Assembly: GCA_038087875.1 (NCBI GenBank)
Contig: CM075990.1
Location: forward strand, 8,806,001 to 8,870,000
Length of the DNA: 64,000 bases
Direction: 5' to 3'
Origin: Malacoraja senta
Taxonomy: Eukaryota
The notes under the pieces are model-generated. The model was not told where the DNA came from and ran no database searches. It was given only the letters and a program-made list of their open reading frames with translations. The position numbers and the translations under genes were made by a program. How positions within the stretch are numbered: position 1 is the stretch's first letter; the number at the start of each line of letters is the position of its first letter. Shown one piece after another: positions 34,540 through 48,870 of the stretch.

Positions 34540-35005
34540 TATAGAGTCATAGAGAGTCATACAGCATGGAAACAGGCCCTTCGGCCCAACTTGCCCATGC
34601 CAGTCAAGATGATCCATCTACACTAGTCCTACTTGCCTGCATTCTCCCATACCCCTCTAAACCTTTCCTATCCATGTACCTGTCCAAATGTCTGAAATGT
34701 TGTTAATTACCTACCTCAACTATCTTGTCTGGCAGCTTGTTCCCTGTACCCACCACCTTTTAAGTGAAAATGTTGCCCCTAATGCTCCTATTAAATCTTT
34801 TCCCTCTCATATTAAGCCTATGTCTCTGGTTCTTGATTCCCCTTACTCTGGTTAAAAACTTTTTTTTTATCTACCCTATCTATTCCTCTCATGATGTTAT
34901 ACACCTCAACAAGATCACCCCTCGTCCTCTGCGCTCCAAGGAGTAAAATCCAAGCCTACCCAACCTCTACATATAGCTTAGCCTTTCTAGTCCTGGCAAC
35001 ATCTT
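34540..35005 (-). mobile_element. CR1 LINE 3' fragment
   Basis: Reverse complement of CR1 3' end with (CTATGACT)n-like tail. Confidence 0.75.
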
Positions 35006-36729
35006 TGTACAAACTCTGTACTGACACCACCCATAGTCAGGATTGAAGTCGGGTCTATGGCCCCGTAGGGGGCAACTCTACCACTGCACCATTGTGCTGC
35101 ATCGTACTGCAGGGGTGAGAGTGATACCAATTAAAGCTGACCATACATAATATAGTTTTTTTTTAATCTGTATGGAATCATGCATTGTTCAGTAGTGCTA
35201 CAGTTAAAATAATCTCTGCATTGTGAATCTGTGGGATTCTCTGCCACAGAAGGCAGTGGAGACCAATTCACTGGATTTTTTCAAGAAACACTTAGATTTA
35301 GCTCTTAAATGAATCAAAGGATATGGGGAAAAAGCAGGAATACGGTGCTGATTTTAGATGATCAGCCATGATCATATTGAATGGCGGTGCTGGCTCGAGG
35401 GGCCAAATGGCCTACTCCTGCACCTATTTTTCTATGTTTGTATGTTTCTATCTCATCTCTCCTCTCTCATAGGTTTCAATTCTGGCCTCTTCCAGACTGG
35501 ACTCCGACCAGTCTCAATAGTGCCAAACATCATGTCTAGTACAGAGTGCCTCAAATCTCCCTCAATCCCGCACTGCGGCTTAGACCAACACTTTTCTCAA
35601 TTTCATTATAAAACTTCAATACGCCACTTGCTATTTTGTTTATGCTTTATCTAACCACATTGAGATTTATGATATTGGTTAAAGACTTTTCCTGCTGACT
35701 GTTGAGCAAGATCCCCAAGCATTCATGTGGTGAATATTACGATATTAAGTCACACTGCATCTGTTCGTCCTCTGCCTTTGAAATGAGCGTGTCGTATCAG
35801 CTTAAGATGCCGTTTGACGGCACACTGGAAATGCTACCAGATAAACTAAGCAGGACTTGAGACTGGGTACCGTTAGCAGCTGATGTTCATCTAAGCAGAT
35901 CGATGGACTGAATGGTGCGGGATTATGGGATTTATGCGCAAGATTTGACATGAATCTAGACTAAATGGTCGTGACTGGGGTGATAAGAGTAACAGGTTTA
36001 AAGGCTTACTGTGTTTGAATCTCTCCCTGTGATCATTAGGCCGCCACCAAAGCTGGAATATGAACTAAAGGGTCCCGGTGAGGCTGTTATATCTGCTCAT
36101 GTCATAACCAAGATCTCCTGTCATTAATCCAGACCCTTTACTAAAAATATTCTGGCCAGCCTCTGCTTCCAGTTTTTCCAGAATTTGACCTTATTCTCGG
36201 TATTCCGTTATTGGAGAGTCATACTTTCTCTCCTCTGGTAACTTTGAAGGACAGTGTCTCTGTAACTTGGTCCTCATGTCGACTAACCATTGCTCACCAA
36301 TTTTCACTACTGGTCACCACTGAAAACTTGCTGCTCACCACTACAGTTCCCCATTCTTCATTGATGCCTGCAGTTCCCCACTGTCGACCAACGTCCACCA
36401 ACTGTTCACTGTTGCTCTACACACTGCCACAGATTGCCTCCCTCTTTGCCAACAGAGGTGAGGGCAAGGTCAGACAAACCCCCATCACCTCAAACCTCCA
36501 CCGCCATAATAACTACTGCAAGCATACATGATGTTGTCACTTGCATACATTTGCCCCACAACTAAAAATAAAACCTTGTTCACTCCTGCTTACTTGTGTT
36601 CATTGCAGTAGGGTGATTCCTCACTGAGGGTAGCGGCAGGATTTGCTTTGGACGTGATCATCTTACCTCTTTTTGAATGTCCCATAAGGAATGCACTCAG
36701 TGAAAGTCAATCGTCAGATATGAAATGAG

Positions 36730-37792
36730 GCAACTAAATATATAACTCACCACTCTTCTATGTACGAAACATTAAACTGGTTATCCCCCCACGCTCGAAG
36801 ATGCTACCACTGGTTCCAGTTCATCTTTAAATGCATCCACCTCAATTACCCTTCTTATTTAGGGACGACAGATGGCGCAATGGGCTAAGTGTTCGGCTGG
36901 CAACCGGAAGGTAGCCGGTTCGAATCCCGCTTGGAGTGCATACTGTCGTTGTGTCCTTGGGCAAGACACTTCACCCACCTTTGCCTGCGTGTGAATGTTG
37001 ATATGATAATTCTCTGTAAAGCACTTTGGTTTCAAGTGATTTGATTGAAAAGTGCTATATAAATACAAATATTATTAAATATTATTATTATTAAAACAAG
37101 ACCTATTACCGTACACACCCTCATATTCACTAAGACATATTCAGCAAACCTTCTTTTTCATTCCAAGAACTAACAAAGAAATTGGGAGACGTGCATTTAA
37201 ATACAAAGCTCCTTCTGACTGGAACACTCTGCCTAGTACCATAAGAACTATTAGCTCATTTCGTCTATTTAAAAATACACTTTTACCTTTCCTTATAAAA
37301 CCATGTACCTGTTTCTAGTATTAGAGTCTTCGAGCTCCTTTATCTAGCTTGCTCTGAGTGTGATCATTTGGCACAACTATTGTATATGCATGGCCATTAC
37401 ACTTATGTATTATTGTATTGCATAGTGTAACAAGGTCTTATATTGTATTATGTCACAATATCATGAAATAATATATTATGTAATCATGTTGATAGTATGT
37501 ATTAACGTACGATGTATGATAGGTGGTATATGGTATTATGCACCAACATTATGCTGTAACACATAACTTTTGTTATTATTGGATTTGTCAAGTTAATTAA
37601 CAATTGTTATAAACTATAACAAGTGGGGATGGAGGGGTTTTGGGATTGGTGTGTGGGTAGGTGGGTCAATGAGAGCCTCTATGTATGTTATGTCTTGTGC
37701 TGTATGTTCTATATTGGACATCCTCGAAAACGAGATGACTGTCCATCTCAAGGGGTTATCCATGAATAAACTTGTTTCAAATTGTTTCAAAT
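36730..37792 (+). mobile_element. 5'-truncated L2/Crack-like LINE 3' end, interrupted by a SINE at ~36861-37092
   Basis: Translation LNWLSP..HWFQFIFKC..PSYL|KQ..YSLR..GRRAFKYKAPSDWNTLP..FK; long AT-rich 3'UTR ending AATAAA and TTGTTTCAAA repeats. Confidence 0.7.
36861..37092 (+). mobile_element. tRNA-derived CORE-type SINE with L2-like tail (not HE1)
   Basis: A box TGGCGCAATGG, B box GGTTCGAATCC, CORE-like GTGTCCTTGGGCAAGACACTT, tail TGTAAAGCACTTTG...(ATT)n. Confidence 0.75.
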
Positions 37793-37817
37793 AGGTTTCT
37801 GGTCAGCAATAGGTTTC

Positions 37818-38136
37818 TGGGCAGCACGGTGGCATAGCGGTTGAGCTACTGCCTTACAGCGCCAGAGTCCCAGGTTCGATCCTGTGCTTATCTGTGTGGA
37901 GTTTGTATGTTCTCCCCACGACCGCATTGATTTTCTCCAAGATTTTCAGTTTCCTCCCACACTCCAAAGACATACAAGTCTGTAGGTTAATTGGCTTGGT
38001 ATAAATGTAAAATTGTCCCCTAGTGTGTACAGATAGTGTTAGTGTGTGGGGATCGCTGGTCGGTCTGGACTCAGTGGGCCCTGTGTCCACACTGTACCTT
38101 TAAACTAAACTAAACTAAACCAAACTACACTAAACC
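37818..38136 (+). mobile_element. HE1-type SINE, full length
   Basis: GGGCAGCACGGTGGCATAGCGG head, B box, (CTAAA)n tail. Confidence 0.9.
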
Positions 38137-40609
38137 AGTGTTATCTTATAGTGACACAGAAGATAGCCAATTGGCCCATCTGGTCAATATGGGCTTCCAG
38201 GGAGAATTCCCTCCCCTTATTTCTCTGTGCCCCTCCAACTTATTCTATGTCACTCAAGCTTTCGGAAGTGTGTGCTGGGCACTTTATATATCCCAGCCAA
38301 CTGGCTTCATACTTTGTTATTAAAGCGGTGCGCACTAATCCACTCAAAGGCTAAGTAAAGACACGGTTTCTGCTCACAGAGCTGAGATTTCTGAGAGAAT
38401 TGTCGATGGTGCTGTGGACAGTGATCGAGTGTGAATGAAATACTCAAACTAGGACGATTAATAGCCATCTTCCCTGCACGCTCTGCCGCTGGTTCACTGC
38501 AGTTTGACCTTGAACCACTTCATCCTTTGTATTCTTTCATCGCGATCAATTCCATTTGATGAATTCCATTCACAGTGACTGGAAATGTAAGGTTTGTTCC
38601 TGTTGTTGTGGAAAGAAACCTCTTCTGATTAAAAGAAAATAGCTGAAAAATCTCTCCTTCTGCTTATAACACTAATGGTAGATCAGGGTATTGAAAACGA
38701 CATCCTTAAGTCCACTGGTGGCCCAGAACAAAATTCATGAACTTATCAAAGATCAGTGTGGATTTTCTGTGTTAAATTGAAATTCAGTGTCAGTTGCATT
38801 TGCCACCACATCGATCTGTTTTCCAGTATCCTAGTCTCATACTGTGGGCAATGGTAAGGAAATGATGAGCTCTTGAGAGGGATTTTGACCAGAGCTTTAT
38901 TTATGTTGCCTTGTATTGTTCCAAAGGTGAAGTGTTCTTGGGCTTATTCAAAGGCTTCAGACATTGCTAACACTGTTCAAAAAGGCTGGACTGCAAAAGA
39001 TTCTCAAAATACTCTGGATTTACGCAATCGTACCAATACTTGAAAAACAAAGAGTAGAATTAAATAACCTTTCTGGGGTGAGAGATACATGCTCTGGTTT
39101 CCTTCCACATCTTAAAGACTTAGTAGGTAGTTAATGGTCACTCATTCACAGGTGAGTGCCTACTCTGGAAGGAGTTAATGGGAATGTGGGGAGAATAAAA
39201 AAAAAAAATAGGAGTAAATGGATGCTCTCTGGCCAGTACAGACTTGATGGCCCGAAGGGTCTTTTTCTGTGCTCTATGACTCCCTGAGTGGCCCAATGAT
39301 TCTGCTAGAAAAAATGTTAACAACCGGTAATTATGACAGAGCAATCAAAGATTAGAAAAGAAAAATGATCAATAATAACATATGCTGCTGAGTGTTTCCA
39401 GAATTTTAAAATTCATTTCAGGCGATGCTCTGTGTTTGTGTTAATTGTAAACAGCTTGCATCGATACAGAGTCTTAGACTTTAAAAATGTCACAAGGAGC
39501 TTCGGAGGACAAAGCACAAGGCGCACTGTGTGTGTGGCTGGCAGCAGATCTGTAAATTGGTCCAAGGAGGGTTGTTGATTGAAGTTAGGGAGATGGAAGG
39601 GTTTGGGGGGCAACGACAGCGACTTGGGTAGAGAGGTATGGTAAGGAACTGCAGATGCTGGTTTCAACCAAAGATAGACACAAAAAAGCTGGAGTAACTC
39701 AGGAGGACAGGCAGCATCTCTGGAGAGAAGGAATTGATAACGTTTCGGGTCTGAAGGTCTCGACCCGAAACGTCGCCCATTCCTTCTCTCCAGAGATGCT
39801 GCCTGTGAGTTACTCCAGCTTTTTGTGTCTATCTACTGGGGTAGAGTGGGCAGAAATAAAAGAGGACTGCAGAGAGAGGAGATAAAGGTGGCCAGAGCCA
39901 AATAACAGAGCTAGAATGTGTAGGAAGAAACTGCAGATGCAGGTTTAAACCAAAGATAGACACAAAATGCTGGAGTAACTCAGCAGACAGGCAGCATATC
40001 TGGAGAGAAGGAATGGGTGATGTTTCTGGTCGAGACTGTTCTTCAGCTAAAATATCTGGCTGGAGTGGGTCAGAATATTTCATAAGAAAAGGTAATTTTC
40101 TTGGCAAAATTAGACTTCCTAAAATGTCCTTTGTTTTCCCAACACTGATGCACTTCAGAACTGGTGGATTGGATGTGAGATGACGGGACGCATGATAAAT
40201 TGCTGCAGACATGCAAACTCTTCTATTGCATTCGTATTTCCTTATTTGCAGTGCTAACACTCAGTGGGGTGGAACAGAGTTTTTGAGAGGAAGCTGAGAT
40301 GCGCTGCTTTATTGAAAGCTGTAATTCACAGCCATCTCGCTAACAGTGGTGCTGTTCAAATCAAAAGATGAATTTGCTGCTGTTAATATCTCCAACGGTC
40401 CAATTTTCCAAGTAATGACCAACTGCATCGCTGCCATTAATGTCAACTCTATTTACTGCCTGCAGTAGGAAATATGGCAAGCGTTGCGGTATCAAACCGC
40501 CCGATTACCTAAAGGGGAAGGGGAGAGAGGGCCACGGGTTTGGGGAGTGGGCTTTGAAGGAAAGATAAAGATAGAAGTCTTGCTGTATGCAGGAAGTGAT
40601 GTGGATGTG

Positions 40610-41000
40610 TGTCACAGTTTCAGAAAAAGGGGTAGGCCATTTAGGACTGAGATGAGGAAAAACGTTTCCACCCAGAGAGTTGTGAATCTGTGGAATTCTC
40701 TGCCACAGAAGGCAGTGGAGGGCAATTCACTGGATGTTTTCAAGAGAGAGTTAGATTTAGCTCTTAGGGCTAAAGAAATCAAGGTATATGGGATGTACAC
40801 AAAAATGCTGGAGAAACTCAGCGGGTGCAGCAGCATCTATGGAGCGAAGGAAATAGGTAACGTTTCGGGCCGAAACCCTTCCTCAGACTGATATATAAGG
40901 TATATGGGATATTGGATGATCAGCCATGATCATTTTGAATGGTGGTGCTAGCTCGAAGGGCTGAATGGCCTACTCCTGCACCTATTTTCTATGTTTCTAT
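40610..41000 (+). mobile_element. CR1 3' fragment containing a 102-bp Penelope-derived insert (40795-40896)
   Basis: RPFRTEMRKN..WNSLPQKAVE; 14-bp TSD AAGGTATATGGGAT at 40781-40794 and 40897-40910. Confidence 0.85.
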
Positions 41001-44000
41001 GGAAATAAGTCCCATTGTGTACGGACTTGAAGATATTGGCTCTCAGTGATATAAGTTCAATTGTAACTGGTGCAGGTTCCACAGGCACCCATAGCCACTG
41101 GGGGGGGGGGGGGGGTTCAGAGGCACAGATTGAATTAGGTTTCACTGAGTTTTATTGGGATAACATTGACCATAACATTGGACGGGGCCTTCATAGACTT
41201 CATAGATACAAACTCACAGGACGGAGGGGGTGCGTTGGGGGGGGGGGGTGTTATATGGACACACACGCTCCGTGGATGAAGCAGGGTTGTGGGGGGAGGA
41301 GTTCACAAGAACAGACTCTCGCCTCTCATCAGATGGGTGTGAGGGGGAGGGAAGCTTCACATCACAGTGGAATGGTGGGAGAATGATGGCAGGGGGATTC
41401 GACAAACTGACTAGGTGAAGGTTTCATAGACACTCTCACTAGAGAATGAATTTCAGAGATTCTTGGTGGGGAATGGTTCCACTGGACACTGACCTACAAA
41501 ATGACACAAAGTGTTGGTGTAACACAGCAGTTCAGGCAAGAAGATGGGAAGATGGATAGGTGATGTTTTAGGTTTGAACCATTCTTCAGACTGATTGAAG
41601 GGGGGGAGAAGAAACCTAGAAGAGGGTAGAGGCAGCCTTTTTTACAACAGCCCAGGAGAAGGCTGATGCTGGCTCTTTGTAAGAGCTATGAAAGTTGACC
41701 CACTCCTCCAATATTTCCATGTAGTCCTGTCATTATTTTCTCCTCCATTGTCCAATTTTCTTTAGAATCTGTTGCCACCAGACAGCACAGTCCAAGGCAG
41801 AGCAACCCGCCCAGAAAAAAAAATTCTCATCTCCCCTCTGGTTCTTTCCCCATTCTTTTTAAATCTGTATCATGTGATTCCCAACCTTCCTGCCACTTTC
41901 TAAACCTTCATGTTTTAAATATTTTCATCAAACATATTTCTGTGGTGTGGACCCGAGGCAGAGACAGGGACTGATGAGCCACTATAGTTAAATTAGGAAC
42001 ACACCTTCACAAATGCTGTCTTGAATTAAATCCATTGGGGCCTGGCGAACATACATACGTAAAAGGATGAATGTGAAGAGAATATTATAAGATGTGAGCC
42101 TGCCACTGGTTGAAATAGTTATTCGCACCTTGCCTTTTGCAGGCATCGGTGTAGAAAATAATGCAATATCTCCCTGATCATTCCTCCACACTCCCAACAG
42201 TATACTCAGCAGGGCAAGTTAATAACTGCTTGTGAAAGCTTGCTCTGCCCATGTTGTTTGCCACAATCGTCTAATCAATTCAATTGACTCAATCTTTGTA
42301 AACATCTCTCGAGTTCTTGGCGAAAGGTGTCAAAAGGACAAAAATGTAATTCCTACCAGGCATCAATAAGGCGTGGAAAAGTCCATATATCCAATTAAGG
42401 TCTCTTCCAAAGGAAAGGAGCTTCAAGATGGCAGAAATGGACTACAAAGGGTGGATCTGGAGTGATCTTTTACTCGTGGAGTTGGTTTTGGAGAAGATTA
42501 ACAAGAGAGATTTGAATGCTGACAGTGTTAAGAATGGACTGCCACGGAATGAGTTATGTCTTAGTCCATGAATTATGTCCTCAGATGAAATGAATACAGT
42601 TCTGAAATAACCATAGAGATGATTGAAGAATGCCATGTGTCAACAGATCCTCAGTCAGACAAGTACATCTCATAAAGCCATAAATTGGGAAAGTAAAGCT
42701 TGGGTGGTTTATGAATCTCCAGAGGTCTGCGGATTCAATTACCATCACAAATTCCAGCCAGAATAAATACCGAATCACTTACTTTATCGTTCGACTTGTC
42801 TTTTACTTACCCAAAAATCACATGTGCAGTTTAGCAGAAGGCTGAGAAAAGCTGCTTGTGACATCAGTGACACATTGCTATGTATAGGACAACTGACAGC
42901 ACGGGGGAATATTCTCCTAAATCACCTGGATCTAAGCAATTCAATGCCAAGGATTCAGAGTGTTTCTTTCTGAATTAGTAAAGGGACAAGATTACCACCC
43001 TGCTTTTATAGTCCATTCCTCATGAATTGAATGAAAGTAGCTGCAACCTTTATTGCCTTATCAACTTATGCTGCTGCTTTCACTGATTTATTCTTCTGAG
43101 CTCTCGCATCCGTTGTTCAACGCCTCCATTTAGCCTCATACTTTCCAAAGAAGGAGTGCTTCTTTAATGAGCTGCTCACAATTTGCTGCATTGAATTTCA
43201 TTTCTCATTTGTCCACTTCCCCAATAAGTCTGCTTGTGTATTCTTGTATCTTGGTGCAGTGTCATTATTAGCTCAAACCTGCAGTGGCCGAAATAAGCTG
43301 ACGAATTAAGTTTTAATCCTTTCCCTTCCTGTTTCTCTAAAGAATTATAAAATCATGCAGATCATTTTGCTCAGTCAGTCTGCCCCAACCATCAAGTGCC
43401 CATTTACACTCATCTGATTTTACTCTTTTTTTGTTATACAAATCCTACTCCAACTCATTTTATTTTTGCCACATTCCCATCAACTCTCATCTGGATTCTA
43501 CCACAAGAAGCAAGTTACAGAGGCCATTTAAACTAACAACCTGCAGATCTTTGGGATGTTGGAAGAAACTGGAGCTCCTGGGGGAAACACATGATACCCA
43601 GGGAGATAGACACAACATGCTGGAGGAACTCGGCGGGACAGGCAGTATCCCTGGAGAGAAGGGAATGGGTGACGTTTCGGGTCGAGACCCTTCTTGATAC
43701 CCAGGCAAACTCCACAGAGACAGCACCAGAGATCAGGATTGAATATGCTGCAACAGGAAACAGCTCTACCAGCCGTGGTGCTCTGCTGCTATATGACCCT
43801 TCTCTCTTTCTTAATCTATTTTCCTTCCCTTCATTTCTCGACTTGTTAACAGTTTGACCAATTTATTTTTCATTATTTCAATGATTCTCCTTCATTCTTC
43901 TAGTTAAGGGAGCACACTATTGATAACTGAGTCATGGATGACCCTTCACCAACACTGAACACACACCCACACTGAACATCCTCTGGTTGAACCCCAGCAG

Positions 44001-45655
44001 TCTATAGAACAGGTAGAGACGAGGTGTGTCAAACTATCAGTCACCCGCCCCTTCATAAACGAGCCCGGCATTTCAAGTTCTGTTTGTGTAATACATCAGG
44101 TTAGCAAGTCAAGTGGAGAAGTGTCTCGATCCGAAACATCACCCATTCCTTCTCTCCAGAGATGCTGCCTGTCCCGCTGAGTTACTCCAGCATTTTGTGT
44201 CTATCTTCGGTTTAAACCAGCATCTACAGTTCCTTCTTACAAAAGTGGAAATAAAGCTTCCATTTGTTTGTCATGAAACGGGTTAGTGAGCAGAATAAAG
44301 GCACAGAAATGAAAGTATCCAAGGTTCAATTAACCCCAAGCGCCCTACAGCTATTCACCCATTAGGAAGACAACAGTCAATTCTGTATCCTCGTCTAATG
44401 ATCTGTGCATCTGTGCATATATCAACCATATCAGTATCTAGTAAGTAATACATAGTATTAGACTTCCACCTGCCCAACTACGCAGTTCTCCTGATTGATC
44501 CTGGACTTGTCCACCTAATTCAACACTATCTGATTTGTGTTGTGTTCGGTGTCAACATTCAACAGCTGAGCACACACTGCCCGCTGTTGCAGAGAACTCC
44601 AAAGATAGCATATGTGATATTCATGTTAAGAACTGTAGCAAATCACTAACTGTTGTCTGTATATTGCATTGGTTTATTATAGTCACACATGCTGAGACAT
44701 GCAAGTATCTATAAGATACTTCCTCAATTATCTTCTGCTCTGCTTCTTTCAAGGAAGTATCCTCAGTGATCTTCCTGAGATGGTGCCCATCTCACTTTCA
44801 TAACCTTGTGGAACTTCTCCTCATCTCAGTCCTACTCAGGTTGTCTCTTATCCATATCTGTGCTCTCTTGTTCTCTACTTTCCAATCAGAGGGGAGAGAA
44901 TCTCAGTAACAAGCACGTTGGTTTCTTCAGAATAGGTTTGATAAGGTTATCATTCATGCTTTATAACCTGACAATATTAGGCATTGTTTCTCAGTGCCCC
45001 CTTACCAAAGCTCTGCCCTTTCACCATGATGTGCCTCCTGTCAAAATTACCATTCACATAATGCCACTGCCGCGATAGACTGCACCTCCTTCTCTACCTC
45101 GATTCCTCTGCTACCTCTAGACTAGGGCAGGCTAGTGACCAAACCGATTAATCATTCATCGTGACTTGCTGCTCCTGGCCCAGTCAAGAGAAGACAAACT
45201 AAACCCAGAAGGAATTGACTAAAGGGTCACTTGCACTTGCGCAGCCATTAGCAAATTACAAGGGTTCCATCCAGGTCACTTCATTCAGAGAGTGATTCCA
45301 ATTACACATATAAATGTCAACCTGCCTACAGTTAAAATGGAAACAAATAAACAGCTAGATTTCATCTTCTTGTGATGTTTAAAATATTCCCTGTTCCAAT
45401 TCTGGCCCTTATGTCACCCCTGAATTTAATTGCTATATTGTTGGTAGGCAGGCATTCAGCTGCCAAGGCATGATCTGAGCTCCTATTCTCTCTTAAAAAT
45501 TGTCCATATACCAAGCTCATTGTATGATCAATTGCTCATCTTCCTGAATTCCTCATATAACAACATTTTTCCTACAACTTGCTGACATTTCTATGAACAA
45601 CCTTGGGATGTTCCTACTGGGTTGAGGATACTGCATCAACAGAAGGTATATTGAG

Positions 45656-45765
45656 TAGGAAGGAACAGTCTGAAGAAGGGTCTTGACCTGATATGTTACC
45701 CATTGCTTCTATCCAGAGATGCTGCCTGTCCCGCTGAGTTACTCCAGCATTTTGCGTCTATCTTC
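45656..45765 (+). mobile_element. Short Penelope-derived insert with 14-bp target duplication
   Basis: GAAGGTATATTGAG at 45642-45655 and 45766-45779. Confidence 0.8.
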
Positions 45766-46265
45766 GAAGGTATATTGAGGTTGTGGTAGGTCCAGGCGCT
45801 ATGAATTAGCTGGTGACGGACAGTAACATTGTTTTCTCTCTCTGCACAACCATCTGTGCATTAAACATCTGCCAGGTTAACATTGCATTCATGACACTAC
45901 AAGGCTTATATTCATCAAGACCTTCCTCAAGATCAGAAATTGAATGCCAGCATTATTGAGACTGATATTGATGGGTAGAAATTCTGCAGATTATCGATAG
46001 GGAGACCAAAAATTGAGCCAGGAGGAGTTTGTACACTAAAGTGGAAACTATTGGAAACACACGGAACTGCAAGTGCTGGAATGGTTGACCAAACACAAAG
46101 TACTGGAGTAACACAGCGGGTCAGGCAACCTGATCTGCTCAGTTACTCCAGCACTTTGTAGATATTATTGGGACTGGACACAACTTATTGGCAAGGAGAC
46201 TGAAGCAATAGAGGGTTTTGGATGTTTTAAGAGGGACGGGCCATGGAGAAAGAAAGAAAAGTGAT

Positions 46266-46541
46266 GGGCCACCAAGTCTGCAGTGACTAGCGATCTCCGC
46301 ACATTAACGCTATCCTATATACGCTAGGGACAATTTATACATACACCAAGGCAATTAACCTAAATATCTGTACGTCTTTGAGGTGTGGGAGGAAACCGAA
46401 GATCTCAGGGAAAAACCACGCGGTCACGGGGAGAATGTACAAATTCCATACAGACAGCACCCATAGTCTGGATCGAACCCAGGTCTCCAGCGCTGCTAGC
46501 GCTGTGAGGCAGCAACTCTGCCGCTGCGCCACTGTGGCCAC
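46266..46541 (-). mobile_element. HE1-type SINE
   Basis: Family body on the minus strand. Confidence 0.85.
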
Positions 46542-47536
46542 CTGTTAAAGTTCTCTTTAATTCCCTGCATTCACATTCAGACTACCTGTTATTAACTCCA
46601 CCTAAACAGCTCGATTTGTACTTTTTAAATATTAACCTGCTGAATGGAATTGCAATTGACTTTACCACAGTAATTTCTATTGATGTCATCGGGTGCACGG
46701 AATCTCTTGGGTGTGAAGGAACGTGGGTGATTCTGACAAATGGAGGAACTTGTAATGTTCTGCTAAGGAGCAAAAATTGACTGGTGTTCTTTTTAATCAC
46801 ATTGTGCAAAGGGTGTAATGCTCAGAAGTAATTAACTCTCCTTCAGCAAGCTAATTGCTTTGTTTCTCATCTATAAAGCAATCCCAGGAAAATCTTCCTC
46901 TGTGAAATGAGGTGGGACTGGATAACATCTACACCCATTGCTCAGATGAACGTATAAATTCTGAATTCAAGGAACATGTTAGACAGCCCATGAAAACCTA
47001 TCGTACATAGACATGCAGCTCAAATGTAACCTCTCCCTTTGCTGTTTGGAACCAGGGAGAAAATATGACCTCTCACATCAACGGGAGGATCAATATTTTG
47101 TCTGTATTTTTTGTATTCTGGTGCATTATGAGTTTCAAATAATTTTACTTATCTAGTTATAGGGTCTTAGAGTCATAGACTCATAGTCATAGACATAGAC
47201 ATAGTTTCAAAGTTATAGTCATAGACTTTGCACCAACCAACATGTCCCATCTACATCAGTCCCACTTGCCTGCGTTTGGCCCTTCTTCTCCAAGTCAATA
47301 GATAATGAGTTCAGACACTATTTCACGGTCTCTTGGATTAACTTTTTTATTTCTCGATTTTTGAGGAATATCACGGGTGTCGCTAGCAAAAGTTATTATT
47401 TCCCATCCTTCATTGCCTTTCAAAGGTTGTGGAGAGCTACCGTTTTGAACCGCTGCGATCCTTCTATTTAGGAATGTTCCTACTGTACTGTTGGGCAGAG
47501 AGTTCCAGGATTTAGACCCAATGACAATGAAGGAAC

Positions 47537-48000
47537 CAGGCCCGTACGAAGCTTTTCAAAAACTGGGGGTGGCATGACAGGGTTACAAACATTTTAAGTG
47601 AAAGAATGTGCGCGCAGCGCACATCACGAGCGCGAAGTCCCTCGCGGCCGAGATCCAGGCTTAAGGGCCCTGGAAGCTCTGGGGTTTTAGATGCTCTCTG
47701 GTGCATTCTGAGCCTTATTTTGGAGCATTTTTGCACCAAATTTATGACGAATATTTCAGAAATAATTTTGGTTGAGTCAAGAATAATGAGTGGGTGGAAT
47801 GGGATGATTGGGGTCATTGTTGTATACATTTTTTTAAATCAAGAATTGAACGTCCTTGTTTTAATAATCAAGTTGTACTGTTGTAAAATGTTATGTAAAA
47901 TGTTATAAAGGAGCATGCAAAAACTGCAAATAAAATACCGTAAGTTATTGCAGTAAAGAAAACCTTTTGCACGAAAATTAACGAGTCATCTTAACCACCC
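47537..48000. mobile_element. Probable non-autonomous DNA transposon fragment (hAT-like CAGG start)
   Basis: Abrupt CAGGCCCGTACG start interrupting an older repeat, CpG-rich subterminal region; matching TIR not found. Confidence 0.35.
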
Positions 48001-48052
48001 CGAACTACTGCCCACTGTCCCATTCACCTTCAGTCCCGTCAACACCATTTAG

Positions 48053-48336
48053 CCAGCGGTAGAATTGCTGCCTTACAGTGCCAGAGACCCGGTTTCGATC
48101 CTGGCTATGGGTGTTGTCTGTACGGAGTTTGTACATTCCCCCGTGACCCGAGTGGGTTTTCTCCGGGTGCACTGGTTTCCTCCCACACTCCAAAGACATA
48201 GGTTAATTGGCTTGGTATAATTGTAAATTGTTCCTAGTGTGTGTGGGATAGTGGTAATGTGCAGGGATCACTGGTCGGCGTAGACTTGGTGGGCCGAAGG
48301 GCCTGATTCCACGTTGTATCTCTAAACTAAACTAAA
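48053..48336 (+). mobile_element. HE1-type SINE
   Basis: Family body and (CTAAA)n tail. Confidence 0.85.
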
Positions 48337-48575
48337 TAAGCTCTGCAGGAAAGAACTGCAGATGCTGAGTTTTTTTTAACTCGAAGGTAGACACAAAATG
48401 CTGGAGTAACTCAGCGGGACAGGCAGCACCTCTGGAGAGAAGGAATGGGTGACGTTTCGGGTCGAGACCCTTCTTCAGCTCCTACCCAACAGCCATCGAC
48501 CTCTTGAACACTACAAACACTAACTAAACTAAGAACTACGAACCGTCTTGGTTGCACTATGGACTTTGGGGCTTT

Positions 48576-48870
48576 TTAGACTTTAGAGATACAGCGTGGA
48601 AACAGGCCCTTCGGCCCACCGAGTCCGCGCCGACCAGCGATCACCCCGTGCACTAGCACTATCCTACACACTGGAGACAATTTTACAACTTACCAAAGAC
48701 AATCACCCTACAAGTCTTTGGAGTGTGGGAGGAAACCGGAGCACCCGGGGAAAATCCACGCGGTCCCAGGGACAACGTACAAACTCCACACAGACAGCAC
48801 CCGTAGTCAGCATCGAACCCGGGTCTTTGGCGCTGTGAGGCAGCAACTCTACCGCTGCGTTACTGTGCCA
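48576..48870 (-). mobile_element. HE1-type SINE
   Basis: Family body on the minus strand. Confidence 0.85.

Noticed and set aside
36861..36935. tRNA gene
   Set aside because: A/B boxes are present but run on into a SINE body and tail; no proper acceptor stem
39640..39835. Tc1/mariner MITE interpretation of the ~200-bp palindromes
   Set aside because: Ends are variable, related copies have ~14-bp TSDs rather than TA, and the sequence is linked to a Penelope-type ORF end at ~60400
41290..41345. Hammerhead at minus-strand CTGATGAG
   Set aside because: A hairpin follows but the GAAA core element is missing
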